Source: the human T2T-CHM13v2.0 reference genome, Homo sapiens
DNA: 64,000 bases
Reading direction: 5' to 3' (one strand)
NCBI RefSeq assembly: GCF_009914755.1
Contig: NC_060929.1
Part shown: piece after piece, positions 1-15,351 of the stretch
How the letters are laid out: every line of letters begins with the position of its first letter
How positions within the stretch are numbered: the stretch's first letter is position 1
The notes under the pieces: generated by a model
Database searches by the model: none
What the model saw: the letters and a program-made list of their open reading frames with translations, nothing else
Told to the model about the DNA's origin: nothing
Translations under genes and position numbers: made by a program

Positions 1-169
1 TTCTTTAAAACATCAGGCCTGAAGTATATACTAACTATACCACTAACCAGGCTTGTGTTTCATGGGGTGTTGAATTGTGCTGAATTATTTCTTAGAAGCA
101 AGTTGATGCTTTTTTTCCTTTTCTTCCTCCCTTAAACTACTCCCTGATGGTGAAAAATAACAATGAAAT

Positions 170-575
170 ATACAGCTACCCTTGAGAAGTTCACATTCTC
201 ACTGGTCACCTGCCTCCAGTTTGCCCCCAACTTCCATTTCAGCCTCCAGGTCACTGCCAGAATGAGCTTGTAAAACACACATGGGATCTTCTCACCTATA
301 GGATAAAGATAAATCCCTAGGCATGGATCACGAGGTCCTTTGTGCATTGGCTCCTGCCCTTTTCTCTGGTCTTATTTCCCATCCCTCTGTGTGTTCTGGT
401 TGTACTTAACTACTTGTAATTTTAAAAACTCAACTTGCTGTCTCCTGCCTCAAGGTTGATCTATAAGCGGTTTCCTCTCTTTTGGATGCTTTTTCTCCAC
501 TGCCACCTGGTAAACACCTGGTGGTTAGCTCAGATACAGCTTCCTCCTGGAAGCTGCCTGTCTCAGTCAGGCTGT
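170..575 (-). mobile_element. L2 fragment (old LINE)
   Basis: L2-like phrases (cactgccagaatgagcttgtaaaacac; gcttcctcctggaagc); degenerate. Confidence 0.5.
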
Positions 576-1210
576 TAGGTTTCAAGGAGTAGAAACCCAC
601 AAATAAAAAGTGTTTATACAAGTGAAAGAGCAGGCCACTTCATGGACATCCCAGAATAAGGCAGGTTATATAGCAAGGACTTTGGGTATGGAAGAGGACA
701 GTCAAGAACTAAGGTTGGTCACGTGCTGTCTTATGGCACTGCTTGATCTCTATCTCTTTTCTTTCTGTGCCTGCTCCCTTCTTCTCTTGATTTACAAAGT
801 GATGTTCTGGCTTCTCAGTTCTTCTGTCACTTTAGCTTGCTCGTAGCTTTGCTTTGGCTTACTCTAATGTCAAGTTGGCCCTGATTCTACATGAATTTTC
901 AAGTCAACTAACATCTCCTTTTCTTCTTTTCAAATTAGCAGGGAGAGATTTTTGGATGGACCCAGTTAAGTCAAGTGGACAATTAGCTATGGCTGAAGAG
1001 GGTCATCATATCTTACATGGGTCATACCTTTCAAGGCTGGGAGAGTGTGGTTAGTGCTGCTGCTTTGATTCTACCACTTAGAAGTAGACCATCTTTTTCT
1101 TTCTCCCGAGTCCCATTTTACTAAGCTCCTAAGCACTCATTTTTCCTTATCCTTCACTCAAAGGGTCTAAGGTACTCAGATTTCAGGACGCAGCATCTTG
1201 CCCTGTATTA

Positions 1211-1484
<274 letters not shown>

Positions 1485-2639
1485 TCAGTTATTTGAGTGG
1501 GCATGGTTTCACTGGGATCATTATAAAATATTTGCTTTGGTTGATGCAGTGAATGCAACTCTTTATTTGGGAAAAAAAAATTTAGTAAAATATAAAAGAA
1601 AATTCGATATTTAAAATTCCTTGTGCTGTGAAAATTTATCTACTTGAGTCAGCTAAAGATAGTAAAATTACATTTAGGTTAATATCATTCCGCTCTCTAA
1701 ACTACTTCCTAAGACTATTCCGGTGAGAGTACTTCAGATGATAAGGGGCAAAATTTCCTAGGAAAACTTATTTAGGTGGAAATATCCTAAAGAAACTCAA
1801 TTAAAACTGAAATCGGTCAGAGAACTAAAAAGTTTTATCTTTAAATACACACTACATCCTACAATTTCTTCCATTGTGCCCTATTTTGAGAATTTATCTT
1901 ACAAAACATTATTTCTATTATAGCAAGAATAAGAGCATGGTGAAAATATTATTGATTATTGCCAATGAAAAACACTGGTTTTTGAGGATTCTGTTCCAAG
2001 TAGCCTTCATGATCTTCCTGAAAAACCTGTTCTTCATGCTGGGATTTGCAGAATATATAGAATGATCTTCTGTGGGTGTCAGAAGGAGGAAATGCCTAAG
2101 GAAAAGAATTCTGTAAAATTTATTTGGATTACCAGATGTGTTCTCTTTCTCTCTCTTCATGTCCTTCTCTTTCTTCCTCTTTTTTTTTTCTCTAAGCAGA
2201 AGTCATAGAACTTGACTGTTCTTTACTTTTCCCAGTTATAAGAAGAGGATGTTGATACCGGTTTTGCTTTCTCCTGATTATTTTGGGGAATCTTGTGAAT
2301 ATACCTTATAAACTGTTGCATTTTAGAAATATGAGATACTGTTGGTGCCTACTGTACACGGCAAAGGCAACAAAGATGACTAACACATGGCCCTTACATG
2401 AAAGGGTTAACCCTTCAGCAGATGGATGGATTCTTCCCTGGATAACTGAAAAGCCTCACTGTGGAAAGGGGAACCCTATATATACTGACTTATGAGCGTC
2501 CCACAAAGAAAAGACCAACTTGATGCTCAGGCCTCCTCCAGAGCAGCACCAGACAGCTTTTTAGTGTCTCACTGTGAAATGCAAATACACAGTCACAAAT
2601 CATCAGACTTTTTAGGGAGGTGTCTGGAGAAAGGGAGAA

Positions 2640-3990
<1,351 letters not shown>

Positions 3991-4519
3991 AATCATTTAA
4001 ACATTTATTTTCTATTTCAAAACTTGATATATATCCAAATTTGGTATGCGCCATTTTCCTTAAACTTTACTATGAGATCCTGAAGAACTGTGTCATGTAT
4101 TTCTTTATGTTATTCCTTGTTCCCATTCATTCACTTAACATTTACTAAGTATGTCAATGTGTTTTTGTGTGCTAAGTTTGGGGATATAACAGTGGAATGT
4201 GCAGGATGAAGCTTGATGCTTGCTGGGTTGAAAAAAAACAAATGAGCTTTCTTCTGAACTGAGGATGTTTTTTAGCCCTTAGCAAACATAGTGCATTGAG
4301 TAGAAGTAAGCATGGATGAAGGTATTGAAATTCATATTCTGTCTTCTCTGTAACTGATATAAACTTCTTCATAAACCCCCATCCTGCTGAGTAGTTGGAA
4401 CATAATTAAATTTGCTCCTTAGAGTTATCTGGCTTGTCTGCTTTAACATTCTTTTTTCATGTAAATATTTGAGTAATTTCTAAATTTAAGTCCCTATTAG
4501 AGGGCTGTTCCATAACTTG

Positions 4520-4860
4520 CCCTCCATCTTTTTGTGTGAGTAGGCAGTTAGAAGAGCCTCCCTGTGAGCATCACTGCTCACTGGCAGAGGGAAAAAGAGT
4601 GTGGTGAATCACACACAGGCTTTTAAAACTTCAGAGTGGACACAATTCACTTCTGTTCCTCCTTATTGGCTAAAGGAGATCACATGGCCACTTGGTGGAC
4701 AGTACTTGACTTCCCCACCAAGCGCGGGTAGTCGAGGGGGCGGCTGGCGGGGTGGTGGTACTTCAAGCTGCACAGCTGTGGGGAACGGAGCCATGTCTTC
4801 TTTACAGCTCATACAACGCCCTGCAAAAAACCAGATATCTGGGAAATTCTGATATGAAGA
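4520..4860 (-). mobile_element. MLT1-type MaLR LTR fragment
   Basis: cacacaggcttttaaaacttc...cacttctgttc...ttattggctaaagg...cacatggcca pattern. Confidence 0.5.
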
Positions 4861-7800
4861 ATCTAGAAGAAAGAAATCTAGAGGTAGAAAAAAGAGCAGG
4901 AGTAACTACTGACTACCATTTGGTCTCAAATTCAAATTAATTAATTGGTGGGACAAATGTGGGGCGACAGGAAACTCATATTGGTAGGTTCTATTTTGGG
5001 AAGACAAAAAGCAGATTAGTTTATTGACTGAATCTGCTGGAACAGGAGGAAAGAGGGATTGGGAAAACCTAAAACTGACTGTGAGGAGAACTCTGCTCAG
5101 TAATCGGATGCACGATTCATTTAGAAAATATTATTTTATGTGCATAAAAGTGGGATTGCTTTCCCTTAGAATTTTTCTATAATTTTATTACTATTGACTT
5201 TCTCCTTAGGAGAAAAATTTAAATACAAAAGATTCAGGAGTGTGAGTGAATACTTAGGTTGTGTGTATATGTATTTTGATTATATATTGGAACACGTTGC
5301 ATAATTAAACTTAAATATTTTAATGGTATCTCATTTGGTATATCCTTGGAGGATAATTGGAACTCAATAAAGAATATTCCCTCTAGTGTGTTTTGTTTTT
5401 ACATAACAAAGGCAGCCTTAATGAGCCTTTATCTCATTACAATGTAATACTAATAGTGATTTAAATATAAAAATGAAAGGGAAAATTTATCATAAATTTT
5501 ATTCTCTTTTAGGCAAATAATACTGCTTAACTCATTCATTTTTCTGATTTTAAAGTCAGCATTTGATTAAGATAAAGCTTACTGATAAAAGATGTTGACC
5601 TTTTTGATAGCAAGCACATTTTTGGCATTTTGTGAAAAGATGAGACAATTGCAAAGTTTTAGGAACAAGGAAAATAGGCCATTTTAACATATTAATTTGG
5701 CTAAATCAGAATGAAACAATTAATAGTATTGTTTTAATATCTTAAAATAACTCTGTAGCCTTGAGTTCAAGAGAAATACGGCATGTTAGTGCTATGTTAT
5801 TATTTATGGAGAAAGGACTTTCACCTTTGTGTTTTTTTCTTAACCTTGTTTTAATTGATCAAATAATTTAAAGTGTGTTTTCTCATTATATTTGAATGCA
5901 TTAATATTTAATAATATCATTCTTTCATCTCTGTCATTCAACTTATCTTTTCTATTTAACCGTAGATGAAGGTATTGTGGAACAAAATGCAAATTCTACT
6001 ATGCCAAAAAAGCAGTAATCTGTACAACATATTCTTATTTTCCTAGATATATACCCAGCATAACCAATGTGGAAGCTGCTTTCCCCATTGGTATCTATCC
6101 CTGAATCAATGATGCAGTCATCTGCACCAGCCATTATGATGGTGGAAATGACTGGCCAGTCAAGCATTGGCCATTAATTTTGAATACATCCTTGAAAATC
6201 ATGTTGAAAAATAAAATGGTCAGCTTCTTTTAAGTATCTGATATACCTCTGGACTGATTATGGGGACTACTGATTATTTTAAAGCTTTATTTTGTCAATG
6301 GAATTTTACAGGTTTTGACAATGACCTTAATATATTTTTAAATAAGAATAAATATGAAAAAAGAATAAATATGATCTCTATCAAATGTGTAAATTTTGTA
6401 TCTTTATGAATAGTTTATTTAAAAGAGTAATGCTCTGTTTTTTTCTATTTGGTTTCTATTTTTTTCAATCTTTAAAAACATAACCTTTCAAAAGGGTAAC
6501 GGTTTCTGGTTGGGATTATTAGAAGTATGTTGTTTGCTTTATCCAGAGTTTTACATAATGTTATGAGTTAGTCGCACCAGGATCAAAGAAGTTTTTTTAA
6601 TTTGTATGATTTCTTCAGTGTTTTAAAGAGGGATGTAATTTTATGACAATAGAAATTAATGTGGATTATAATGGGAAGCAAATTTAAAATATAAAATAAA
6701 ATTTATGCATATATGCTGACTTTTAAAACTCCACTTCAAAGGAACTACCTCCCAGCAAGATAATTTACATAAGCCCTTTATTTAGGAATGAATACTAAAT
6801 TCAATAGAATCAAGTAAAAAATAGTAAACTTGATTACACATACAGCATTTAGTATTCCTATAGCACTTAGTAGTCATACAATACATTTGATCTTTTAAAA
6901 TGCTTTAGCAACAATAAGGTACATTTCTTGTCCGTATTTCTCTAAGGAAATAAGCAAGTATTACTAAGAATCTATTTGTGTAATTCAAATACTAAGCACC
7001 TAGTTAAGCACACCATTTTATATTTCATTTGTTCCAGAAACATCCAGCCACTTTTGGAATATAAATGTACATAATTGACCCTCACTGCTGATTTCTTTTG
7101 GCAGTTGGTTCTGCCAGACTGCTTCTGTATAGTTTTCTTAAGTCATGCAACACAAACTTGAGGCTAAGACATATAGTACCTGTCAGTGCCAGTACCTAAT
7201 AAATGTTTCCTAATAATCCTGACATAACATTGATTATTCCCTTGGAATACAAATTGTTATTCCTGATTAGTGAAGCATATTTCAGATTATTTAGGTTGAG
7301 GTTTTAGTTATATTTTTGCTAAGTGAGAGAGTTACCATTTTTGTTTTTATTTTTAGTGTTAGGAAGAGTATTTTAATTTGGGTTTTTAGCTCTGTTTTTT
7401 CCCTGACTCTTCAAAGATAATTGTAAAGTGCCTGACGTCTGAAGATGTTCTAGTACTCTGAAATAATAAAGATGAAATATATATAGGTTCAGAATGAACA
7501 GTGTAAATTTAGAAAAATAAAAGAAAGATTTTATATTTTATCCATTGATAACGCTAAACCTGAAACACTAATAACAACTTGTGATCTCTCTGGTGCTTTA
7601 CTCTTTTTAGAATTTGCTCAGATTATTTTTGTTTCTCACAGTAGCCATTTGGTAGAGCATTTATCAATACCATCTATTTAGACAGGGGGAACCAAAGTTA
7701 AGAAATGTGAAGGGAATCCCTTTAGGACTTAGAACTATCACTTCTGACTTCAAGTCTGCGCCCTCATTTTACACCAGTGGTTTTCATTCATTGGCTCAGA

Positions 7801-8029
7801 ATCCACAGGGGAGGCAGATTTAGGGTGAAGCCCAGAGTCACTGCCAGGAAATGAGCATTGTGCGATGTGAAACAATAACACTTCTCACACTTACGTGTAC
7901 TATTGGTTTGAATTATATGTGACATGAAGTAAAAATTTATTTAAAAGCATTACTGATTCAGTAATGATTCAGCTTAGCCTTTATGTATTTTGCTAATAAA
8001 TACCAGAAGTACAGCCTCTATCAAGTTGG

Positions 8030-8275
8030 TAGATCCTGCCTTGAAGGCAGCCAAAGTTGCGGTTCAGTCCCTGCCCCACTACTGCTGGCAACATGATGTG
8101 CAACACGTTCCTTGACTTCTGTGCCTCTATTTGCTCATCTGTAAAATGTAGATAGTACTTAGACCTAGCTTATAGGATGTCATGAGCATTAAATGAAATT
8201 ATACATGGAAAGTATTTAAAATGCTGCCTGGCATATTGCAAATACTCAAAAACTATTAATATTATTTTAATTATT
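8030..8275 (+). mobile_element. MIR
   Basis: ctgtgcctc...ctcatctgtaaaatg...tgcctggcata core. Confidence 0.75.
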
Positions 8276-11200
8276 AATAGCGTCATTATAATATATAGTT
8301 CCATGAAATGTCCTCATTTTAAAAAGGGATTTTTATATTTCAAAAATGGGAATGACTTCTCTATACTATACTGCCTGCGGGCCTCCTTATTTTGGTTTAA
8401 ATTGGCAAATGCTGGGTATTTCACATTTTTCTGCGACTTAAAAACTCAACTTTTAGTTATGATATAACTCAAGCTTAGGGCATGTAGCCTCAACAATGGA
8501 GAGAGAAAGCTAATAAGATCAACTGGGTGTGCTTGGGCTTCACTTCCTTGATACTCCTGGAAGTCCACCTCGGATGTGTCTTAGGCCTGGAGGATCATGG
8601 ACCTCATCTTTTTTAAGCTCTCATTTTCCATTCCAGGGTGCATATTGCTAGTCACTGTGGGAAACCTTGTAAAAATTATTAAAAACTGGGAAAGAACAAG
8701 CCACTCTGTGAGCACCTTGTTAAAATAAACCACTTCTTCCTAAGCTCAAGACAGCAAGAAACAGTTTAATAGCAATGAAATAAACTCACCACCTGTTTGT
8801 GCATCAGCATCAAAGAATTCTAACAAACATAAGAATGCTTTGATCATTTTCAGCCAGAAGAAAATTATGAAGCTCTTCATTGATAGTTCATGGGGAATTT
8901 GGGGACACTGATCAAAGAAAACTGTTAGTGCTATAGACTAGAAATTAAGATATCTGCATATAAGCTACTTCAGTACATTGTACTTTCAGTGGTGAATTGC
9001 ATATTTAAAAATTCAAATGGTTGTCTTACGATTAAGCTAAATTTTATTTTAGCCTCTCTGCCCTAAAATAAAAGACATTAAAATGTTTTTTTAAGCAACT
9101 TTGTTCTTTTGTTAATGACTTCCAGATTATCTAGTTGAGATGAATTGAGAGGGCAGTGTGTAGTTTACACTTTGCAGAATCCCTCTAAGGGATTCTAAAC
9201 CCAATTGAGCAGAATTATTCAAATGAGAGAATGTTTTGACATTCTTTGATGATCTTTAAGAAAAATTTCCATATGTTTTTCAATTCTATAATAGGGTTAT
9301 ATGATTATAGATTTCACTTTTAAGTACTGTAATAATACAGCTGAGTGGCTTGAAGAAAAGGATAGCAAAACTTTTATAATAGGAAAGAGTGTGTTTATGC
9401 ATTTTGTTGTACAAATTTGAACATTTGAAATGGAAAACATAAGAATCATTTGAAAATACAACTATGCTATGAGAGAAAACACTTCTGTATGGATAGCACC
9501 AGAAACAGAAGACAAAGGTCACTGTTGTTTTTAAGTGAAAATCTAGACATTTCCTATAGACTTTTAAAGAAAGAGAATACTTATTTTGTAACTGCATGGT
9601 CTGGGTCTGAGCTGGTTTTTGCATGTAGTTAATACCTCCTGCCTCTGAAGTCGTTGGAAAGCATTTAACAAAATATATATTAAAATGCTTCAGGAATAAC
9701 TAGTATGCCTAAGGATGTGGAATCAAACAGGAAAAAAAGTCACAAACATCTCATTAAAAATGTGTTGATTGATTGCAAGAAAAACAGAAGGAAAGGCAGA
9801 TCCCCACCTTCAGACCACATCCACTGAAGCCCGGTACACTAAATATTTGCACTTACATGCGGTTACCCTCCCTCCATTCTATACCAACTTCCTCCTAAAA
9901 ATAAAAGAAACTAGTAACACAAAGACCCACAAAAGAAGCAGTACAAAGCATTAATGCAAAAGATCTTTCAATACCTAAATCAGTGGGTCAATCTATGATT
10001 CACACTTTTTTTGAAAAAAACATTCAAGATTTGAAATGTAGTGAGGTCTTTGACATTACTCGCAAACTAGTTCCTGAAAAATTTTACTGAAGAGGAACAA
10101 AGTCCATTAATTTCTGAAATGGCATATTACGGACATAGTCTCTAAGTCTAGGTTCTGCTGACTGACTTGCTTCATGAGTTAAGGCAGAGTTCACAGAAGG
10201 TTGTCCACCAAATAGCTCTGCAAAACCAGCCCAAAAGTCTGTTCCCCTGACTCAACAATGTTTCAAGGAGAAAGTAGGTGATAGCTGAAGAGGTGTTTTG
10301 TGCTCTTGTGAAACTAAATTTTATGTAATGTCCTGAGCTTATAAATAAATAAGGTACCTGGTAGGCAAATTAGGATACAAAGAAGTGGTCCACTTCTCTG
10401 GCATCATCTGTAGTGGTTAATGCTTTCCGCTGCAGTTCACCCATCTCTTGAGAACTTGACAGTTCAGTCTTTAGAGTAAAAAGATGTGTGCTATTTGGAA
10501 GACAGGGATCTGTTTTATTTTACAGTAAAATATGCCAGCATTGAATTTGATACATGTGTTAGGAAGCAACATTTGTATTAGTCAAAGCTGAGGAATTTAA
10601 TTAAGAATTATATGTCTTGTTATTTTCCCCGTGGAAGTATTTACAGGGCTGAGCGATTTGATGACTAATGGACATATTTAAAGGGCGTCTGTTACTGATC
10701 ATGGAAACAAAAAATAAAATAAAATAAAATTTTTTACTTTTGGCAAGTTCTTATTGCAGTAGAATCATATGCTGAATGGTACCCCTGAGATTTTTTTTCA
10801 GCATATATGTTCTAATAGGTACCCAGCCAATTTTGACTTGCAAGGGAAAGATACTTCAAATTGGCTGCATGTTAGAAGACATGAATCCCAAACAAATCTG
10901 TGTGCAGAAAATACCATTCAATTTGCTAGGTCTTGCTAATGAAGAGAGCCTTAAAAAACAAACCAACAACAACAACAACAAAAAACAGCAACTTGGTACA
11001 CCTAAGTGTGGTAAACCCTGTGTTCCACCTAGGGTGAAGTTTATCTTCCTAGAGCAAGGGTGTCCCTCAGTGATCACAACACAGATGATTTTAAAGTTTC
11101 AGCTAGTAATGTTAATGAGAAAAGCTGGCCAGTTATAAAAAAAATAGAAAGGGCAAAAAACAAATGAACAAACAACTGCACTTGAGAGCTGAGCAGCAGT

Positions 11201-11604
11201 TTTAACAGCTACTCCTAGCCTCAGAGACTGAGAGCAGATAGGGAGCAGTGGGGACAGTGGCAGTCTGCGGATTGCTGGCCACGTCAAAAAGGGAGTCACT
11301 ACTTGGCTCAGCTAATTGTTGCTGTGTGGAAATGTGAGTCCAGTGATGCCAGATTTTTATGGCTCTTCAAGAGAGTGGAAATCTGGGTTTTATATGAAAT
11401 CTTTCATTTTGAAATGTTTATTCAGAGCTCAAATATGGGGGAGGAGTTGGGAAAAAACCCATGCAGGCCAAACCAAATCTTCTTTTGGATCAATTTGAAC
11501 CATAGGCATAGGACTTCGATTTGTTACCTACTGAATTAGCTAAATGAGTAATGTTTATAAAGTTGAAGAGGGAATGTTTCCTAGTATATGAATGGAAAAA
11601 AGAC

Positions 11605-11845
11605 TAGGTGCGTAGTTAAGAGCTTCAACCATGGCGTCAGATTGCCTGTGTTTATGTCCTGGCTGGGTACCATGGGCATGTTACCAATTCGCTTTGTGTC
11701 CAGTTGCCACTTCAGTAAAATAGGAATGATAATGGTACAAATTTCATAGAGTTGCTGTGAGGATTCAGAAGAGCTAATTTATATAAACTGCTTAGTACAA
11801 TGCCTGGCATATAGTAATTGCTCAATAAACATGAGCTATTATTAT
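11605..11845 (+). mobile_element. MIR
   Basis: gtagttaagagc...gttgctgtgaggatt...tgcctggcatatagtaattgctcaataaa. Confidence 0.75.
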
Positions 11846-11934
11846 TTTGCAAGAAAATGGTATTCAAAGGATTTACCTATTTGTTATACCTGAAGAAAAT
11901 ATCCCCAATAAATATGGAGGGTCTGTTTTGTGTT

Positions 11935-12160
11935 GAAGAGTATGGATTAAGAGCATGGATTCTGGAGTCAGCAGGCTAGGATTTGAATTCTTGCTCTATC
12001 ACTGTGTAACCAGAACAAGTTAATTTTTCTGAGCTTTAGATTCCTCATCTATAAAACAGAATTAATAACCCATATCTCAAAGTCATAAGAATTCAGCAAG
12101 ATTATACACGCAAAATCAGTGCTGGCATATGAGTCAGTAAGTGTTAACTGTTGTTATGAT
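11935..12160 (+). mobile_element. MIR
   Basis: ggattaagagcatggattctggagtca...ttcctcatctataaaa. Confidence 0.7.
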
Positions 12161-12310
12161 TATTCTTTAGGATATTTTCCCCCATTATTTGGAAGTTCCA
12201 TTTTTGCAAACACTTTTTTAAGTTATTTATTTCTTATTATATGTACTTAAAGAAAATGGAATTGCATTTGATTTACAAGTTAAGCTTCATCTTAATGAGC
12301 CACATTACAA

Positions 12311-12522
12311 CAGTGGTTCTCAACCAGGTGATTTTACCCTTCAGAAGACATTTGGCAATGTCTGGAGACATTTTTGATTGCCATAACTGAGGGGAATGCT
12401 ACTGGCATCTAGTGGGTGGAGGCCAAGGGTGCCGCTGAACACCCTGTAATACACAGGACAGCCCCTACAACAAAGAATGGTTCAGCCCAAAATGTTGATA
12501 GTGCTGAACTTAAGAAGCTCTG
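12311..12522 (+). mobile_element. MER20 (hAT-Charlie MITE) with 8-bp TSD
   Basis: cagtggttctcaacc...gacatttggcaatgtctggagacattttt; TSD CATTACAA 12303-12310 / CATTACAG 12523-12530. Confidence 0.9.
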
Positions 12523-12850
12523 CATTACAGCTATATAGCCACCATAACATTTAGTTTGTAATGTTCTTGCTAAGCAGAGGAAGAATTTTTCTTTTATCAA
12601 AACATTACCTAACTTTCAGATAGCAGTTAACATGTAAATTGAAATCTGTCGAACCATATTTAATAAAATATTTTAAAATGCATATATTCCTGTTTTCTTC
12701 TAGTTACAAAAGTAATACAAGCCAGTGAAAATTAAAAGACTACAAAAGCATATAAATAAGACAATGAACTCCACCTTTTCCCCAACCATCTCCATAGAAA
12801 ATCTCTGGAAATGCAACAGTTTAAGTTATATTACTTCAGACTTTTAAATA

Positions 12851-13345
12851 CAGTCACATGCCTCATAATGATGCTTTACTCAGTGTCACGACACATATGT
12901 GATGGTGGTCCCATAAGATTATAATAGAGCTGAACAATTCCTATCACCTAGTAACATCGTAGTCATCATAATGTCAATGCATTACTCATGTGTTTGTGGT
13001 GATGCTGATGTTAACAAACCTACTGCCCTACCAGTCACATAAAAGTCTGGCACATATGATTGTGTATAGTACGTAATACTTGATAAAGATAATAAACGAC
13101 TGTGTTATTGGTTTATGCATTTACAATACTATTTTGTCTTTATTTTAGAGTGCACTCCTTCTACTTACAAAAAAAATGTTAACTGTAAAACAGCCTCAGG
13201 CAGGTTTTTCAGGAGGCATTTCAAAAGGCATTGCTATCATAGGAGATGACTGTTCCATGTGTTATTGCCCAGAAGACCTTCTGGTGGGACAAGATGTGGA
13301 GGTGAAAAACTGATATTGATCATGCTGATCTTGTATAGGCCCAGG

Positions 13346-13385
<40 letters not shown>

Positions 13386-14066
13386 TTCACTTTTAACAAA
13401 AAAGCTTAAAAAGTTTAATAAGGTTTTTTTTTAAAAAAAGCTTATAGAATAAAGATATACAGAAAGAAAATATTTTATATACTTGTACAATGCATTTGTT
13501 TTTTAAGCTAAATGTTATTGCAAAGGAGTTAAAAAGTTAAACAATTTTTAAAAGTTTATGAAGTAAAAAGCTACACTGCACTAAGATTAATTTATTATTG
13601 AAGAATATTTTTAAAATAAATTTAGTATAGCTTACAGGAAACTGCATAAAATCTCCTGTACAGTGTTATAAAGTCTATAGTAGTGTACAGTAATGTCCTA
13701 GGCCTCTCACTCACCACTCACTCACTCAACCAGAGCTACTTCCAGTCCTGAAGCTCCATTTATAAGTGCCGTATACAAATGTACCATTTCTTATCTTATA
13801 TACAGTATTTTTACTGTACCTTTTCTATGTTTAGATACACAGATACTTAGCATTATGTTTGAGTTGTTTCCAGTATTCACTATAGTAACATGCTGTACAG
13901 GTTTGTAGCCTAGGAGCAGTAGACCGTATAGAGCCTTGGTGTGTCATAGGCTATACCATCTAGGTTTATGTAAGTACAGCCAATGATGTTCACACAAGGA
14001 TGAAATGGCCTAACATAACAATGCATTTTTCAGGACATAACCCCATTTTTAAGTGACACACGACTC
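12851..14066 (+). mobile_element. Tigger3b-like DNA transposon (about 1.2 kb, non-autonomous)
   Basis: TA then cagtcacatgcctcataatgatg at the left end; ttaagtgacacacgact at the right end; collinear with the second copy at 32227. Confidence 0.85.
13349..13384 (+). repeat. (GT)18 microsatellite within Tigger3
   Basis: Read directly. Confidence 0.95.
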
Positions 14067-14443
14067 TCTATATGTATGCTGTTCTATAATTTGCTGTTCA
14101 AAAATTGATGTCTTTTTTCTTCCTGACCGGTTCAGTCCTAAAGCAACTATCTAGGGCAAAGCAGGGTAGAAATTGAGGAAGGGTGGCCTGGCATGGGGCA
14201 TTGGAGCCCATATTAGGTAAGGAGGCATCCGTGTGATGGGGTTGGTGACCTGGCATGGAGCATCAGAGCCCAGACAAGGTGAGGAGGGCATCCATGTGTG
14301 TGCAGCCTGGTATAAGGTGTTCACAAAGGGCAAGTGAGATAAAGTACACAAAGAGGAAGGTCTTGTGCAGGGCTTTGAGCCCAGGTGGGAGAAGGGGCAG
14401 AAAGCAAGGAAATGTTCAAAGGATGATAGGAATATGTCAAAGG

Positions 14444-14718
14444 CTAGCACTTTGGAAGGGCGAGGTGGGGGAATAGCTTGTGTCCAGGAGTTTGAGACCA
14501 GCCTGGGAAACGTGGTGAAACTCTGTCTCTACAAAAAATACAAAACAAATTAGCCAGGTGTAGTGGTGCATACCTGTGGTCCCAGCTATTTGGGAGGCTG
14601 AGGTAGGATGATCACCTAAGCCCAGGAGGTAGGGGTTGCAGTGAGCTAAGATCATGCCACTGTACTCCAGCCTGGGCAACAGAGCGTGAGACCCTGTCTC
14701 AAAAAAAAAAATAATAAA
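14444..14718 (+). mobile_element. AluJ, slightly 5'-truncated
   Basis: ccaggagtttgagaccagcctggg...gtgagaccctgtctcaaaa. Confidence 0.9.
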
Positions 14719-14870
14719 ATAACCGCTTCACCAAAACATATTAATTATAAAGGGGAAAAAAATAGTAACAGTATGGTGGAAACAGCTGGAAGACATCAAT
14801 TTAATCAAATGGTCAAAGTTAATATTGTCAGTAATGAGACAAGTCACAATCATAGCCACTTAATAAAATG

Positions 14871-15351
14871 CTATGGTAGCCAGCTTCCAAGCAGATGGTC
14901 CTCCCCACCTAGCTATTCATGCCCTGGGTGGTCTTCTCCTTCAGTGGGTGGGGCTGACCTGTATAGCCAGCAGGATGTTAGAGAAATGATGGTATGTGGC
15001 TTCTGATGCTACATAATAAAAGACTGCTCACTCTGGGGGAAGCCAGCTGCCATGTTGTGAAGACACTCAAGTAGCCCGAGAGAGAAGCCACATATTGAGG
15101 ACATGTTTTTTTGCCAACAACCAGCACTAACTTCCCAGCCATGTGAGCAAGCTGTCTTGCAAGCAAATCTTCCAGCTCCAGTCAAGCCTTCAGATGACTG
15201 CAGTTCTGGTTCACATCTAAACTACAACCTCATAAGAGAACCTCGCAGCTAAGCTTTTCCTGATACACAGAAACTTTGCAAGATAATGCTTATTGTTTTC
15301 ACCTACTATGTTTTGGGATAATTAGATATGCAGCAATGGACAATTAACACA
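14871..15351 (+). mobile_element. MLT1F/G-type MaLR solo LTR
   Basis: ggtagccagcttccaag...gaagccagctgccatgttgtga...gtcaagccttcagatgactgcag...gcagcaatggacaattaacaca. Confidence 0.75.

Noticed and set aside
5952-6167. 71-aa ORF that looks protein-like
   Set aside because: No recognisable family, non-ATG start, no poly(A) or TSD suggesting a retrocopy.
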